A stretch of 64,000 bases of DNA, taken from Heteronotia binoei (taxonomy: Eukaryota). Both the position numbers and the translations under genes were made by a program. Where the stretch lies: NCBI RefSeq assembly GCF_032191835.1, contig NC_083234.1:49786001-49850000 (forward strand), given 5' to 3'. Each line of letters begins with the position of its first letter. The stretch's first letter is position 1. The notes under the pieces are model-generated. The model was not told the DNA's origin. It saw only the letters and a program-made list of their open reading frames with translations, and did no database searches. Below, one piece after another: positions 1 to 11,918 of this stretch.

Positions 1-3000
1 GATCCCCAGGATCAGAGGGATCTTCTGGTGATCCAGGGACCTGTTGGGAAGCACACTGAGGATCTCTGCAGAAAGAAACAGAAAAGGACGGGAAATCTTT
101 ATACTATTAGATTCCGCTCTAGAGGCTAATCCGTATAGTAGGGTTGCCAGCTCCAGATTAGAAAATACCTGAAGATTTGAGAGCACAAGGAGGGCAGGGT
201 TCAATGGGTTATAATGTCATAGAGTCCACCTTCCAAAGAGGCCATTTTCCCCATGTGAACCGGTCTCTGTTACCTGGACATCAGTTGGAATCCCAAGAGA
301 CCTCCAGCTACAATCTGGATACTGGCAACTTTACGAGATATTTTTTATAGCAGAAGTGCTCAGCCATTCAGGTGTCTTCCCTCTAGGAAGTGCTCCCCTA
401 GTGGGAAATCATATTTTCCCTGCAATAAACTACATTTTTTTTGTTAATTGGAAAATGCAACCAACTCTCTCCTTTAGCAGTTTTATGGGAATGAGAAATG
501 TTGTGTGGGCTGGAGTTGCTCAAATGTCACATGTGCCTATTGAATGGTATCCACAACATTTCCTGCCCCACCAAATATTATAGTTTTGTGTACTTTTTAA
601 AAGTTCAATTGACCTTAATTGACTTGTTTACTCTTTAGACTCTAGAGGCTAAGTAATCTTTGTAGTGGCCGGTCCAGAATAGGAGTGCTCATCTAGGCCA
701 TCAGAGGGAGAGAAACTGTAAATTCCAGCCAATCTACCCTCCCTCCAAGGCAAGATGGCCTGCTCTCCCCCCTCTGGCTTCATTTATTGAAATGTCTATT
801 TTACCTAAGTGGCCCTATGGCGCAGAGTGGTAAAGCAGCAGTACTGCAGTACTGTGATCTGAACTCTCTGCTCATGACCTGAGTTCTTTCCCAGCGAAAG
901 CTGATTCGGGTAGCCGGTTCAAGGTTGACTCAGCCTTCCATCTTTCCAAGGTCGGTAAAATGAGTACCCAGCTTGCTGGGGGGAAAGTGTAGATGACTGG
1001 GGAAGGCAATGGCAAACCACCCCGTAAAAAGTCTGCCGTGAAAATGTTGTGAAAGCAACGTCACCCCAGAGTCGGAAATGACTGGTGCTTGCACAGGGGA
1101 CCTTTCCTTTCCTTCCTATTTCACCTCCAGGGTTGCCAATAGGCACCACCTCTGCCTATTTGTAGCTACTGGGGGGGGGGGTGACTGGAGTGCCCAGTGT
1201 CTCAGCTTCTCAATGGTATTAGAAGCCTAACCTATTCATACCCACGACATTACATTGTTTCAAGAGTGGGAGTAATAAGAAATTGCTGATTGCGGATGGG
1301 GAATCCTGTGTCATCTGACCTGTATGCCTGGATTTTAAATCAGTGGTCAGTAGGGTTGCCAGGTCTGTGTTGGAAAACACCTGGAGGGTTTGAGGGTGAA
1401 GTCAGGAGATGGCAGGGTTTGGAGAGGGGCAGGGCTTCAATGGGGCATAATGCCATAGAGTCCACCCTTCAAAGCAGTCATTTTCTCCAGGGAAGCTGAT
1501 CTTTGGCAGATAGAGATCAGTTGTAAAAGTAGGAGACCTTCAGGCCCACCTGGATGCTGGCAACACTAGTAGTCAGTCACATTCATTGAGAACAGAACAT
1601 TTGTAGCAGTTTAGCTGCTGTGAATGCATATGGCTTTGCCTGATTAGTTATTCTTGAGACTCCAGAGATCAGATTTGTCTCTTCAGCAGATGAAACTGAA
1701 GCAGGTTATCTCTGTTTTGAAAGGCATAAACAACCATATTGACTTATGTGAAACTGCTGCAGTTCTTTCCAGCTCAGAATCCATGCACAGGAACAGTCAT
1801 GAGGAACTGGAGTCTGGGATCAGGAGGACAATAGGATGAAATTGCCTGCTACACTACATTTGTGGAAGGGGAGCAATTTTGACTCCTTGTCCTTTCTTCA
1901 GTCCAACTCAACTCCAACTAAAATGGCTCTTCCTGCCCAAGCTGCAGCAATGGAGAGGCATGTGAGGAAATAGAGTTGTAGGATACTGCCCAGTATTTCT
2001 GAAGCCTAAATAGAGACCCTGTGCAGAGACTATACCTGAATGTAATGTGAAAGTTAAATGAAGTCCAAAAAGGAGGCATTCAGAAGGTAACTGATTGTGA
2101 TTTTTTTTTTTAAGTATGATGTTTAAATTGGAGATGCTGGATCTCATGTTTTAGCTCTGAGACTGATCATTCCTTCTTTAAGCTAAGATCCTGGAAAGGT
2201 TAACTCAGGTTTTATCAATTAGAACTAATGGTTAAGGGGTGATTTCCTGATAAGTGGAGAAACTGGATTTGAATGGTTCACCCATCAGAATTTGTAGAAG
2301 ATGCTCCAACGAGCTAAAAGGGATGGAGGACAGATTGTCTGAAAAACAACCACTAGCAGTTTTGGGAGGGACAGAGGGGGACAATGAAAGTGGAGAGCTG
2401 GTCAAAAGTGAAGTATCTCTGGAAATCTGATGTGATAATAACTCAGCTGCCTTGTTACTCTTGGCTTCCACCTGTTCTACTTGTATATTTGTGAATATTT
2501 CAGAACACAATACATCTCCAGCAATCTTTCATCCAAAGGAAATAAAATCTGGCTGTGCTTTCCTGCTGAAACTTCACACTGATTGCTCTGGGAAGTAGGA
2601 AGGACTTTTAATAGGAGACCTTGTGTACCAAAGACATTAGGGCCAGCAGAACAGCAGAAGAGTCCCTGGCAACCCAGCGGAGAAATATTAAGGTAACCAA
2701 CCTTCTTGAGCAGAGCTGTCGCCTTGCACGGGGACTGCTACCAGTTTCTGGTCCTGTAGATAAAGGCCCTTATGGTCAATATCTTGGCGGCTATAACTAC
2801 GTGGTTCTATACCTATAGGGAAAAGTTCTGGGCTCGTTGTAGTAAGTGTATCAAGGAGTAGTGGTGGCAGCATTGGTAGTGGCAGAAAATGAGTTGGTGA
2901 AATTGGCTCTGGAATAACATAGGATACATAATCTCTCATTTGCAGGGAGCTTCAATTGAGATCTAGTTTGACCTTAGCCAAAAACAGGCTTCAGCAGATG

Positions 3001-5012
3001 TCTGGTCAATCTGGAAAATCTCCAGAGAAGTAGAAGTAAGTAACCCATGTTTGTCCATAGTAAAATCCAAAAGCATCTGTAGAAGAATGGTTCTACTGAT
3101 GCATATCTCTTTTTTGCATCTAGTATAGACAAGTTCAGAGGTGGCCATGGCCAAACTTTCTTAATGTAAGAGCCTCAGAGAATAAACATCAGATGTTTAA
3201 GAGCCACAAGACATGAACGTCAGATGTGAAAGAGCCGCATGTGGCTCCCAAGCCACAATTTGGCTACTCCTAGTCTAATTTAATGAAGTCTATATCTGAT
3301 CTCCTTTGCTCCTTCTTTAAAAATATCACAGTCAGCTTCTACACGGGAACATAAAACTGCAACCTCTCCTTGGAAATACAGCAAGAGGAAGAATAGAATC
3401 TACCCAAACCAACCCTGTGCTGCCACCACCTCTACCTGTCCCCTTTCCCTCTGTAGCACAGAGGAGAATGAGGTCATGGCACACCTGCCATGGCATAGCC
3501 CTTTCCTTTTGCTTTCCTGGTCTCAGCAGAGCAATGTTGTAAAGGTATATCAACGTTCAGCTGGAAAAAGAAAAAACTCGTGAAAGGCCCAATAAGGGGA
3601 GGGGATGCAGAGCTTAGCTCACCCCATCCCTGTATTGGTTGCAGTGCAGGGGGGGTTTTGTAGCAGGAACTCCTTTGCATATTAGGCCACAGATCCCTGA
3701 TGTAGCCAATCCTCCTGGAGCTTACAGTAAGCCCTGTACTAGGAGCTAGGGTTGCCAAGTCCTCTGCTCCAGTTTTCCCTCCCAAATTTCTAAAGCATCC
3801 AGGAAAACCCTAGAATTGTCCCAGAAACGCCTAGAGCCAGTGTGATGACATCACTTCCGGGTGACATCATCGCACCGGTGATGTTGGGGGAGGTTCCCCC
3901 CACTGGCACAATGTGGGCCGGCAAGTTGGGAACCTCCCAGGCGGGGGAACCGCCGCCTGGACCGGGGGCTTGGCAGCCCTACTAAGAGCCCTGTTAGCTC
4001 TTGGAGGATTGGCTACATCAGGGGGGCATGGCCTAATATGCAAAGAAGTTCCTGCTTCAAAGAAAGCCCTGGGCCTGCAGGTGAAACACCCATGTGGTTG
4101 CTCTGCCTGCAGCCATCCTGCCGTTTCACCACTGATTCAGATCAAGAGAGGCTTTCTTGTGACCCAGCCCCGTATATACAACAGTACTCTACCCTAACTG
4201 TTTTGTCTCCAGCCCTCAATGGTTAGACTTGGGCTGCACAACTGAAACAGTTAGGTGGGCCATAAGGGATCGTGACTGGAGTTCCATGAGAGCATCTGGT
4301 TCCAGTATGGCCTACATTAATTATGGTGTGTGTGTGGAGAACACTACCTCCTAGCTTTTCCCTGGGATGAGAGATGACAATCTGACCCACCACCAACCTG
4401 AGGAAATTTTTCCCTTGCATCCCAGTACCTTGGGATGCAATTCCTGGGGTGCTGCAGACAAATGTCTTGTGCTTTCAAGTGCCTTAGGATAAATTTCTTC
4501 ATTGCACTAAAAGCAGTTGCAAATGGAAGTGCTTGGAATAAAATTGGGAAATGTCTGGGGGTGTCAGAATGCCAGATCTCAATTGGGAAACAGTGTTCTA
4601 CTCTCCACCCCATCCCCACTTCTTATTCCAACCTAGTTGGAGGTGGCTAGAAAGAGGGTTTAATGGGCAGGGGGTTAATGTCTCAGTGCTGCATAACACA
4701 CCTCTACTAAGCTACATGAATCTTGTGGGCCATATATAGTGCCCCTCAAGACTGGGTGATCATTCCTTTTTCTCCTTCTGATTCCATTTTAAGTATTCAT
4801 CTTACTTCTATTTTCCTTGAATGTACATCAGAGGAAAGAGGGCCAATACTTTACCAAAGAGCTCATTAAACCAATCCACCATATCTTGGTCCACCACAGT
4901 TCCTTTGGTAGGTGGCACCTTTGGTTTTTCTCTTGAATCCCTTGTAAGTAGGTATCGCTTGATCTGTGACATGTAGACAGTGTTCTGTGTCTGTGGAAAG
5001 AGATTGGTATCT
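1..5012 (-). CDS. IL-1 family cytokine paralog 1 (IL-36Ra/IL-1Ra-like trefoil plus N-terminal pro-like exon); partial, 3' end outside window, 5' end unresolved
   Basis: Minus-strand exons 4855-5012 (DTNLFPQ...GTVVDQDMVDWFNELF), 2702-2812 (GIEPRSYSRQDIDHKGLYLQDQKLVAVPVQGDSSAQE) and 1-65 (EILSVLPNRSLDHQKIPLILGI...). All have AG/GT boundaries and compatible phases (1,1), and each is homologous to an exon of paralog 2. Confidence 0.85.
811..1116 (+). mobile_element. Sauria-type tRNA-derived SINE
   Basis: tRNA-like head (ggcgcagagtggtaaag...), body typical of the squamate SINE, and (CCTTT)n-like tail. Confidence 0.75.
3645..4077. mobile_element. Nested MITEs: hAT MITE (3747-3981) inside a palindromic octamer-bearing MITE
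   Basis: Inner ends are TAGGGTTGCC...GGCAGCCCTA with a near-identical 8-bp TSD (ctaggagc/ctaagagc). The outer arms are inverted complements containing tttgcatattaggcc. Confidence 0.7.
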
Positions 5013-6802
5013 CTGTATGGATGTGCTTTCTGTCCTCCAGCCAGCTGGACCCATTTAGATTCCCAATGGATAATAATCCCCTTCAGGGCTTTCTTTCTGG
5101 ATAAAGAGGTGCTGGAACTCTCGAGAGACAAATGAAAGAGGAACATACAGGTGCCCCTCATGAACTTTTAAACATATTTTGAGAATTTTATTTCCACATA
5201 ATGGTTCCAGAACGCCATTCTGCTGCTTTCCCCCAGGAAAAAAACCCTGATCACCGTCCCTTTTACAGATGTTAGCTATAGCCAGTGTCACACTAGAATC
5301 AACTGTGTAATACCTTTTATTAGGACAAACACAAATAACATAAAGCAATGTTCAAGCCCCTGATTTTTCCAGAACTCTACGTCAGGCTGGATATTTTTTT
5401 GTATGGGGAGCGGAGAAAATAGATTTTTAGGTCATGATCTTAAGACCTCCTTGTAAACATTGTGTGTGGAATGTTGAGCAAGTATGATGAAGAGTCAGAA
5501 TGGTAATTGGAAGAAAAGGCAAAAAAACTGTTTTAAGACGATGACCTGAGAGATATCGTCCCCACACACACTTTTAGCATCCAGTCTAATTAAGAGTTTT
5601 GGAGAACAGAAGCTGCACACTGGTTTATGTTATTTTAGTTGATCCTAATAAAAAGTGCGATGTGGCTTCTGTTTATGGGTTTTGTTTTGAACCAGTGTGG
5701 CCACCTGCAATACCAGTTTAGGAGGTCTCTGCGATTATGCAAACAGAAAATCAAATCCAACTTTATAAACTATTGGTGTCACTTCATCTTGTGGTTAAAA
5801 AAAAAAAGCTGATGATTCATGCATTTTACAGTCCCACCCCTAACTAGAAAGGGTTCAGGATGACAACCAAGTCCTATGCTGATGTGTCCCCGAGTTGCAA
5901 TGGTGTATATTGACAATACACTGGCGTATCCAGAAATAAACCAACGGCAAGTTGCACCAGTGCCAAATCAGCATAAGAGCAACACCAGCACAGAACAGGG
6001 CAGCATCAGAGATATGCTGTGGGTGAAGTTGGACTCAATCTGCTTCCTAATCTTCCCCAGCCCTTAACACCAAGTACCAGCATACGGTCACATCAGCAAA
6101 AATCCTTGTGTAGATCATAGAAGTTCATTCTAGCAAAACCCAAAGTGTTCCTGCACCTCTCTCCCTGCCCACAAGTCCAAGCACAGCTTAGGATGGTGAC
6201 TAAGTAGCAGTCTCAGTTCTCCAGAGCACACAGTCTCTCCCTCAGCCCCATATAAACCCTAAAAGAGACACACAGCAGGCACTAGGGTACTTCTCTGACC
6301 TATGCTGTGCACTCTTAGAGCACAGAGCCTCTCATTTGTGGTCAGAAATGCACTCTAGGTCACTTAACAGGAAATAAAGAGCACTTGGAACCACAGAGGG
6401 AGCAGTGGAGCAGGAAAACAAACATTGTGGCTGCATTTACCTAGCACTGTTCTGCTCAGAACCCTTACAGGTATTCCATCCTAGGACACAAACACCAAAG
6501 GGAAGGCCCTGCTCCTCCGACAGGGATGCAGGGACAATGCACTCCTCACAGGTAAGCAGGGAAGTCCTAGAGACACTCAGAATGCCATCATTGCTGCCAG
6601 ATCAATTCAAATTATGAATTTTTAAATATATCAACTGGTTTTTAAATAATGTTTAAAGTTCTTACTGTTAAATCTAATGTTTTATTTATTATTGTATATT
6701 GTACGAAATGTTGTTAGCCGCCCTGAGCCTGCCTAGGCGGGGAGGGCGGGATACAAATAAAATTTTACTTACTTACTTTTACTCCAGGACAGTGATCTTT
6801 TT

Positions 6803-7156
6803 CATAGAATCATAGAGTTGGAAGGGACCTCCAGGGTCATCTACTCCAACCCCCTGCACAATGTAGGAAACTCACAAATACATCCCCCTAAATTCACAGG
6901 ATCTTCATTGCTGTCAGATGGCCATCTAGCCTCTGTTTAAAAACCTCCAAAGCAAGGAGAGCTCACCACTTCCTGAGGAAGCCTGTTCCACTGAAGAACT
7001 GCTCTAACGGTCAGGAAGTTCTTCCTAACGTTGAGCCGGAAACTCTTTTGATTTAATTTCAACCCATTGGTTCTGGTCCTACCTTCTGGGGCAATAGAAA
7101 ACAATTCGACGCCATCCTCTATATGACAGTCCTTCAAGTACTTGAAGATGGTGATC
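6803..7156 (-). mobile_element. CR1 LINE 3' fragment
   Basis: Minus-strand peptide GLKLNQKSFRLNVRKNFLTVRAVLQWNRLPQEVVSSP (CR1 ORF2 C-terminus) plus the (attctatg)-type tail. Confidence 0.85.
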
Positions 7157-10100
7157 TTTCTTGTTGATTGAGTTGTGTACCACTGACACATTGGCAGAAT
7201 GCAGGGCAACTGAGGGGCCCATCTCTTGCATTATTTTAGATTGTCACACCACCAATGACAACCAGTTCTGCTAGAATGCATAGCAGTTTTTGTGGTTCAA
7301 TTGCATGCCATCACATTCACACCATGCAGAAATGTGTAGGTCACATAACTGCAAAGTTATTTTTAATACAAGCAACTTTTGTAGTGAAAGCATTGGTGGC
7401 AAGTCTTGAAGTCTTTCTGCTTGTACACCAAAGAAATCAGAATTCATCAATGGTTTTCTGGTGTATATTTGGTTGCTGTACTTGGACATGATTGCCCTCT
7501 TAGAGTCTAAATATAAAATTTGGGCATCTTTGCCAGAGTAATGAAGGAATATCTCTGTGTTAGCCTTTGTGCACCCACATTCTAACACATCCATGAAGCA
7601 ATTCTTGCAGGTCTATTCATTTCCTACTCAGGTTTATTCAGTGGAGCTTACTATCAGGAAACTGTTCCTAGGATAGCACTGCCAATCTCCTTACACACTG
7701 TATAGAGGAACATACATAGCAGTGTCCTGCATTGGGTCAACTCACCTCAACAATTCAACAAATCCTCCTTCTATGGAGTTAAAGCAATAATGGGATTTAA
7801 GCATAGAATTCACACCAAAAACACAGAATATTTAAGGATATGTCAAGGTATGTTGAAATCAGAGAAAACTGTCTGAAGATGATTTACAAAGTAGTACATT
7901 ATCTAAGTAAACATGATAGCATTGCCATGCTGCACATGAGCATTCTACCATATCTAGTTTGGCACTAAGAAGGGGAGGAAGCAGTAAAGAACCTGCTAGC
8001 TGGCTAGCAGTTGGCTGAATTTGTTCTGCTGTGTTCACAGGACTGGAGCACAGCCAGAAGCACACAGCAAAGGACTCTTGTCTTTCAGCTCTTAGCTTGA
8101 GTCTCAGAGCCTAGAGTTGGAAAGAAGTTTGGACTGGGGTGGAGAGGAGAGGAAGACCTGCTATGCATTCAGAAGCCTTTCCCCCACTACTCCTGTTCGT
8201 TTCTATTGCATTTTTTAAAACTGCAAGCTGCATTGAGTCCCCAGTGGGAAGAAAAGCCCCTTTGAATCCATTATTTGTATTGCCTCCAGTGATCTTGACA
8301 CCCATAATAGCTGCTAGTAGTTAAGTGTGTGCAATGCTGGGAGTGAAGGAGGGGAGTACTGCCTTATACTGAGTCAGATTATTGGTCTGTCAAGGTCAGT
8401 CTCTGTTGACTGGCAGCCACTCTCCAGGGTATCAGGTGGCGGTCTTGCACATAACCTGTTACTGGGGCAGGCTGAGAAGCTAAAACAGCCCATCAGTTCC
8501 CAGACAAGAATAAAAACAACAGACCTTGGCTTGGTTTATGGGCATCTTGAAATTCAGAGATTGTCCACAATCTGCCTGTTGAGACAGAAACAGTTGTTAT
8601 AGACCCTGGGGGGAAAGTCTTCAAACATTCTATAAAACACTCTGGGTGATGCATGAATGGATTGCTGTCATAGTTTTGACTGATAAATAACATCTGCCAG
8701 AGGGTATCTGGACAGGGCTTGGGGATTGCAGTGCAGAGGGAAAGGAAGGGGATGTGAGACTTTTCCAATGGATACTAATTACTAATGGATCTATTATGAT
8801 TCCCTAATGCAGTCGGGAGGGGAGGGGTTTGAGATCTAATTGGTGACATTACTGGAGGTATTGTGGAGGCCTGGAAGACTAGGCTCCTTGGAGCAATAGG
8901 CAGACTTCCTGCTCAGTGTTCTCTCTTTCCTTCTAGCAGGAATCTGGCTCTGTGGTTTACTGTGTAGCTGGGAGAAGCAAAGAGACACTGGAGGTCTTGA
9001 ACAAAGTTGACAGAAAACTGGAGCCAAATCTGACACAGCACACATGGTGATGGTGGTAGTGAAGAGATCTTACTTCTCACTCCACTTAGTGTCATTCCAT
9101 CAATTATTTAGGCCAATTCAGCATTTAACAATTCCAGAGTCAAGCCCCAGATTGTTATTTGATTTGACTATTAGCTGTGATTTTGTATATCACGCGTGTG
9201 ATTCTTTGGCAATAAAACCTCTCAGGTCTGTTCTGACTTACAGGCCAGTCTGTGAACAGATGAACCAGCAGAGATCTCCAAAGCACCCTCTGGTCCTTTT
9301 TTATGGGTAATTTCAGATTGCTTTCCTCTAATCTACAGTGACGAAGTCTTGCAATTTGGACCCCTGATACTTTTGTCTGTTGAATCATTGTTGAGAAAGG
9401 TAAGGGATAAATATAATCAACACTCCTTTGTTAGATGGGGACTTTCCAGGACCTCTCCAAGAGGTAATGGTCAGTTTATTGCCATAGAAGCCCTCTTTAA
9501 TACTGATGCTGAACTTGTAGGAGATAACTTGGGTAGCATTATAAGCAGGTTGGCATGGCATTAGTCTATAGGTGCCATTTTCCAAAATGGCCAGCGGATC
9601 TTCCCACAATACCTGTCTCATGAACTAGAACAACTCCATCCATAAAATGTAATAAGAATTGGAATCTGATTTTGTAAAGTCACAAATACAGAAAGAAGCC
9701 ACCATGAAAGGTCATGAATACAAAGAGTAGATTCTTATACAGTCAACAAAATAATCACATTGTGCAATTTCGTCACTCGGCAACAGATGCAGCTTTGAGA
9801 TTTGTAGATTTCAATGGGAAAAGGCACTGTAAATTACATTGAATTCCAAAATGAAAAGGCTAGTCAACAGAAGAAAAAACCAGTGGCCCCATGAAAGAAA
9901 GCAAAGTTTCTTGGTTGTGCTTCCTGTTCATCAGTCATTAAGCATTTTAGGAAAACTTCAAGTCAAATCAGTATGAAGAGCATATGAAGTCCTCAGAAAT
10001 AAACAGATGCTGCAAAAGCCAGAAGAGAACAACATGTAGTGATTGTCCAGTCTAACCTATCACCAACCACCTGGTGTATTATCAGAAACAGAAAACATCA

Positions 10101-10526
10101 GAGATCACAGGCTGAACATTCATAAGGACATGTCCACTTACAACACATGTTGATGTTGCCTTTATGTCTACAATTAAGTGGACAAAAAGCAGATATCTCA
10201 TCAGGCTTGAAGACATATTTGAAAGTATGCTGCAGTACCGTACTTTGTGACAAGTAGCAGATTTCACTTCATTCATAATAGCTATACTGAAAAACTCCAT
10301 TAAAGAATACAAAAACAAAGAAAGTCCTTGTGGAATCTGCTAGAATACGTATTGCAATTCAGCTTCAAAAAATGTTGGTTGTCCTAAATAATGCAGGTAG
10401 CTGCAGAGAGACAAAGGACAAGGAGTCATTGATGAATTCTGATTTCTTTGGTGTACAAGCAGAAAGACTTCATGACTTGCCACCAATGCTTTCACTACAA
10501 AAGTAGCTTGTATTAAAAATAACTTT

Positions 10527-11020
10527 ATAAAGGACACAAACACAACTAAATATTTTTTTTAAAAAAACCCTAAAATAAAACACACTTAAAATATTAGCAG
10601 TCATTGGTCTTAAAGGTGCTTTCTTTGTATTTCTTCAGGGATCCAGGAAACTGGGCAAGGGAAGCTCTAGCTCTTACCTTCCTTCCCCAGGGGATAAGGA
10701 GGGGAAGGAGCCTCAGCCAACAGAAAGAAGAGAGGCTTGACTCAGTAGCTCTGCTGTGCAATTGAGAGAGTCTGGCAAAGCAAGCTCTGTCTCCATCCTG
10801 TCCTTCCCAAGGGAGGAGCCTCAGCCAATGGAGAAAATAGAGGTTTTGCTCTGTTTTGTAGCTCCTGTGCAACTGAGCAAGCCTTGCAAAGTAAGCTGTT
10901 ATGCAGAAGGAAGCAAGAGAGAGAGAAGGAAGCAGACAAGAGCCAGTTGCTTGGGGGCCTGATAGGAACCCTCTGGGGGCCTGATTTGGCCCCCGGGCCG
11001 CATATTTGACACCCCTGCCC
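10527..11020 (-). mobile_element. Truncated hAT-type MITE (same family as 51202-51765)
   Basis: Ends in tttgacacccctg and is the reverse complement of most of the 51.2-51.7 kb element. Confidence 0.7.
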
Positions 11021-11480
11021 TAGTGGATGTTTGCCTGACAAGAGTGGGATGTCTAGAAACTGCTGGCAGTATTTGGAAGATTTGTGGAGATTTACAAAAG
11101 TCTTTCTGGAAAGGACAAATGTTTACATAGCCCCTGATGTTCCCAGTGCAGTGATTTCTCATGCTCTCATGATGAACCCTCATGCTCTCTAATGACCAGA
11201 TGTGGGAGTAAATATGGTATATTACTTAGTCTTTGTTGCTATTTTTATTAGAAATGTAGAAAAGGGAGAGGTGTAAAACAATACCTATTTTACATTGGTA
11301 AATACCTTGTTACACCATTACTTTATATATAATATACAACAGTACCTAATATATAACTATTTTAAGCTAATGCTAATGTTTTTTAACTGTATATGTACCA
11401 GGATAACCACATCTTATGTGGGACTTATGATTCCAGTAGCCAATAAAAGATAACTGACACTGTGCAAAAAGGGCCTATAT

Positions 11481-11918
11481 TTTTTTTATTTAAAACAATT
11501 TTATTGGTAACATATGGTAGCAAATCTGTATCTATATCATACAACTTAAAAAAGGAAAGATTACCTACCCCATATCTTACTTTTTCCCCCACCCCTCCCC
11601 CCGTTACTTGACCCCCGCCAGTGTTGTTTACTTAAAGAAAAACAAATATTAAAGGTACCCTTAACTATTAAAAAACCAAAAGTTATATTCTTGTTTTAAA
11701 AAACTTAATCATTATCAAAGATTGTCCAATGTCCTCTTATTTTCCACTCTTTTTCTATGTATCTTCTGAACTTCTTCCACTCCATCTTAAAAACTTCTAA
11801 ATCATAGTCTCTTAATATTCTTGTTAATTTGTCCATTTCACTCCATGACATGACTTTTATAATCCAATCCCATTTCTCTGGTAAACGGTCAAAATAGGCC
11901 CCTTTTTTTTGTATACCA
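11481..11918 (-). mobile_element. 5'-truncated L1-like LINE with 16-bp target-site duplication
   Basis: TSD caaaaagggcctatat at 11465-11480 and 11919-11934. ORF2-type C-terminal peptide (...WIIKVMSWSEMDKLT...EWKKF...) followed by a 3' UTR and A-rich tail. Confidence 0.8.

Noticed and set aside
5309-5360. LYVICVCPNKR as a possible CxC exon of paralog 1
   Set aside because: In-frame TGA just upstream, and the sequence is part of a repeat remnant also present at 27170-27250.
8900-10350. Possible decayed L1/transposase coding remnant
   Set aside because: Only isolated words (e.g. PGKSP) with many stops; cannot be assigned without a search.
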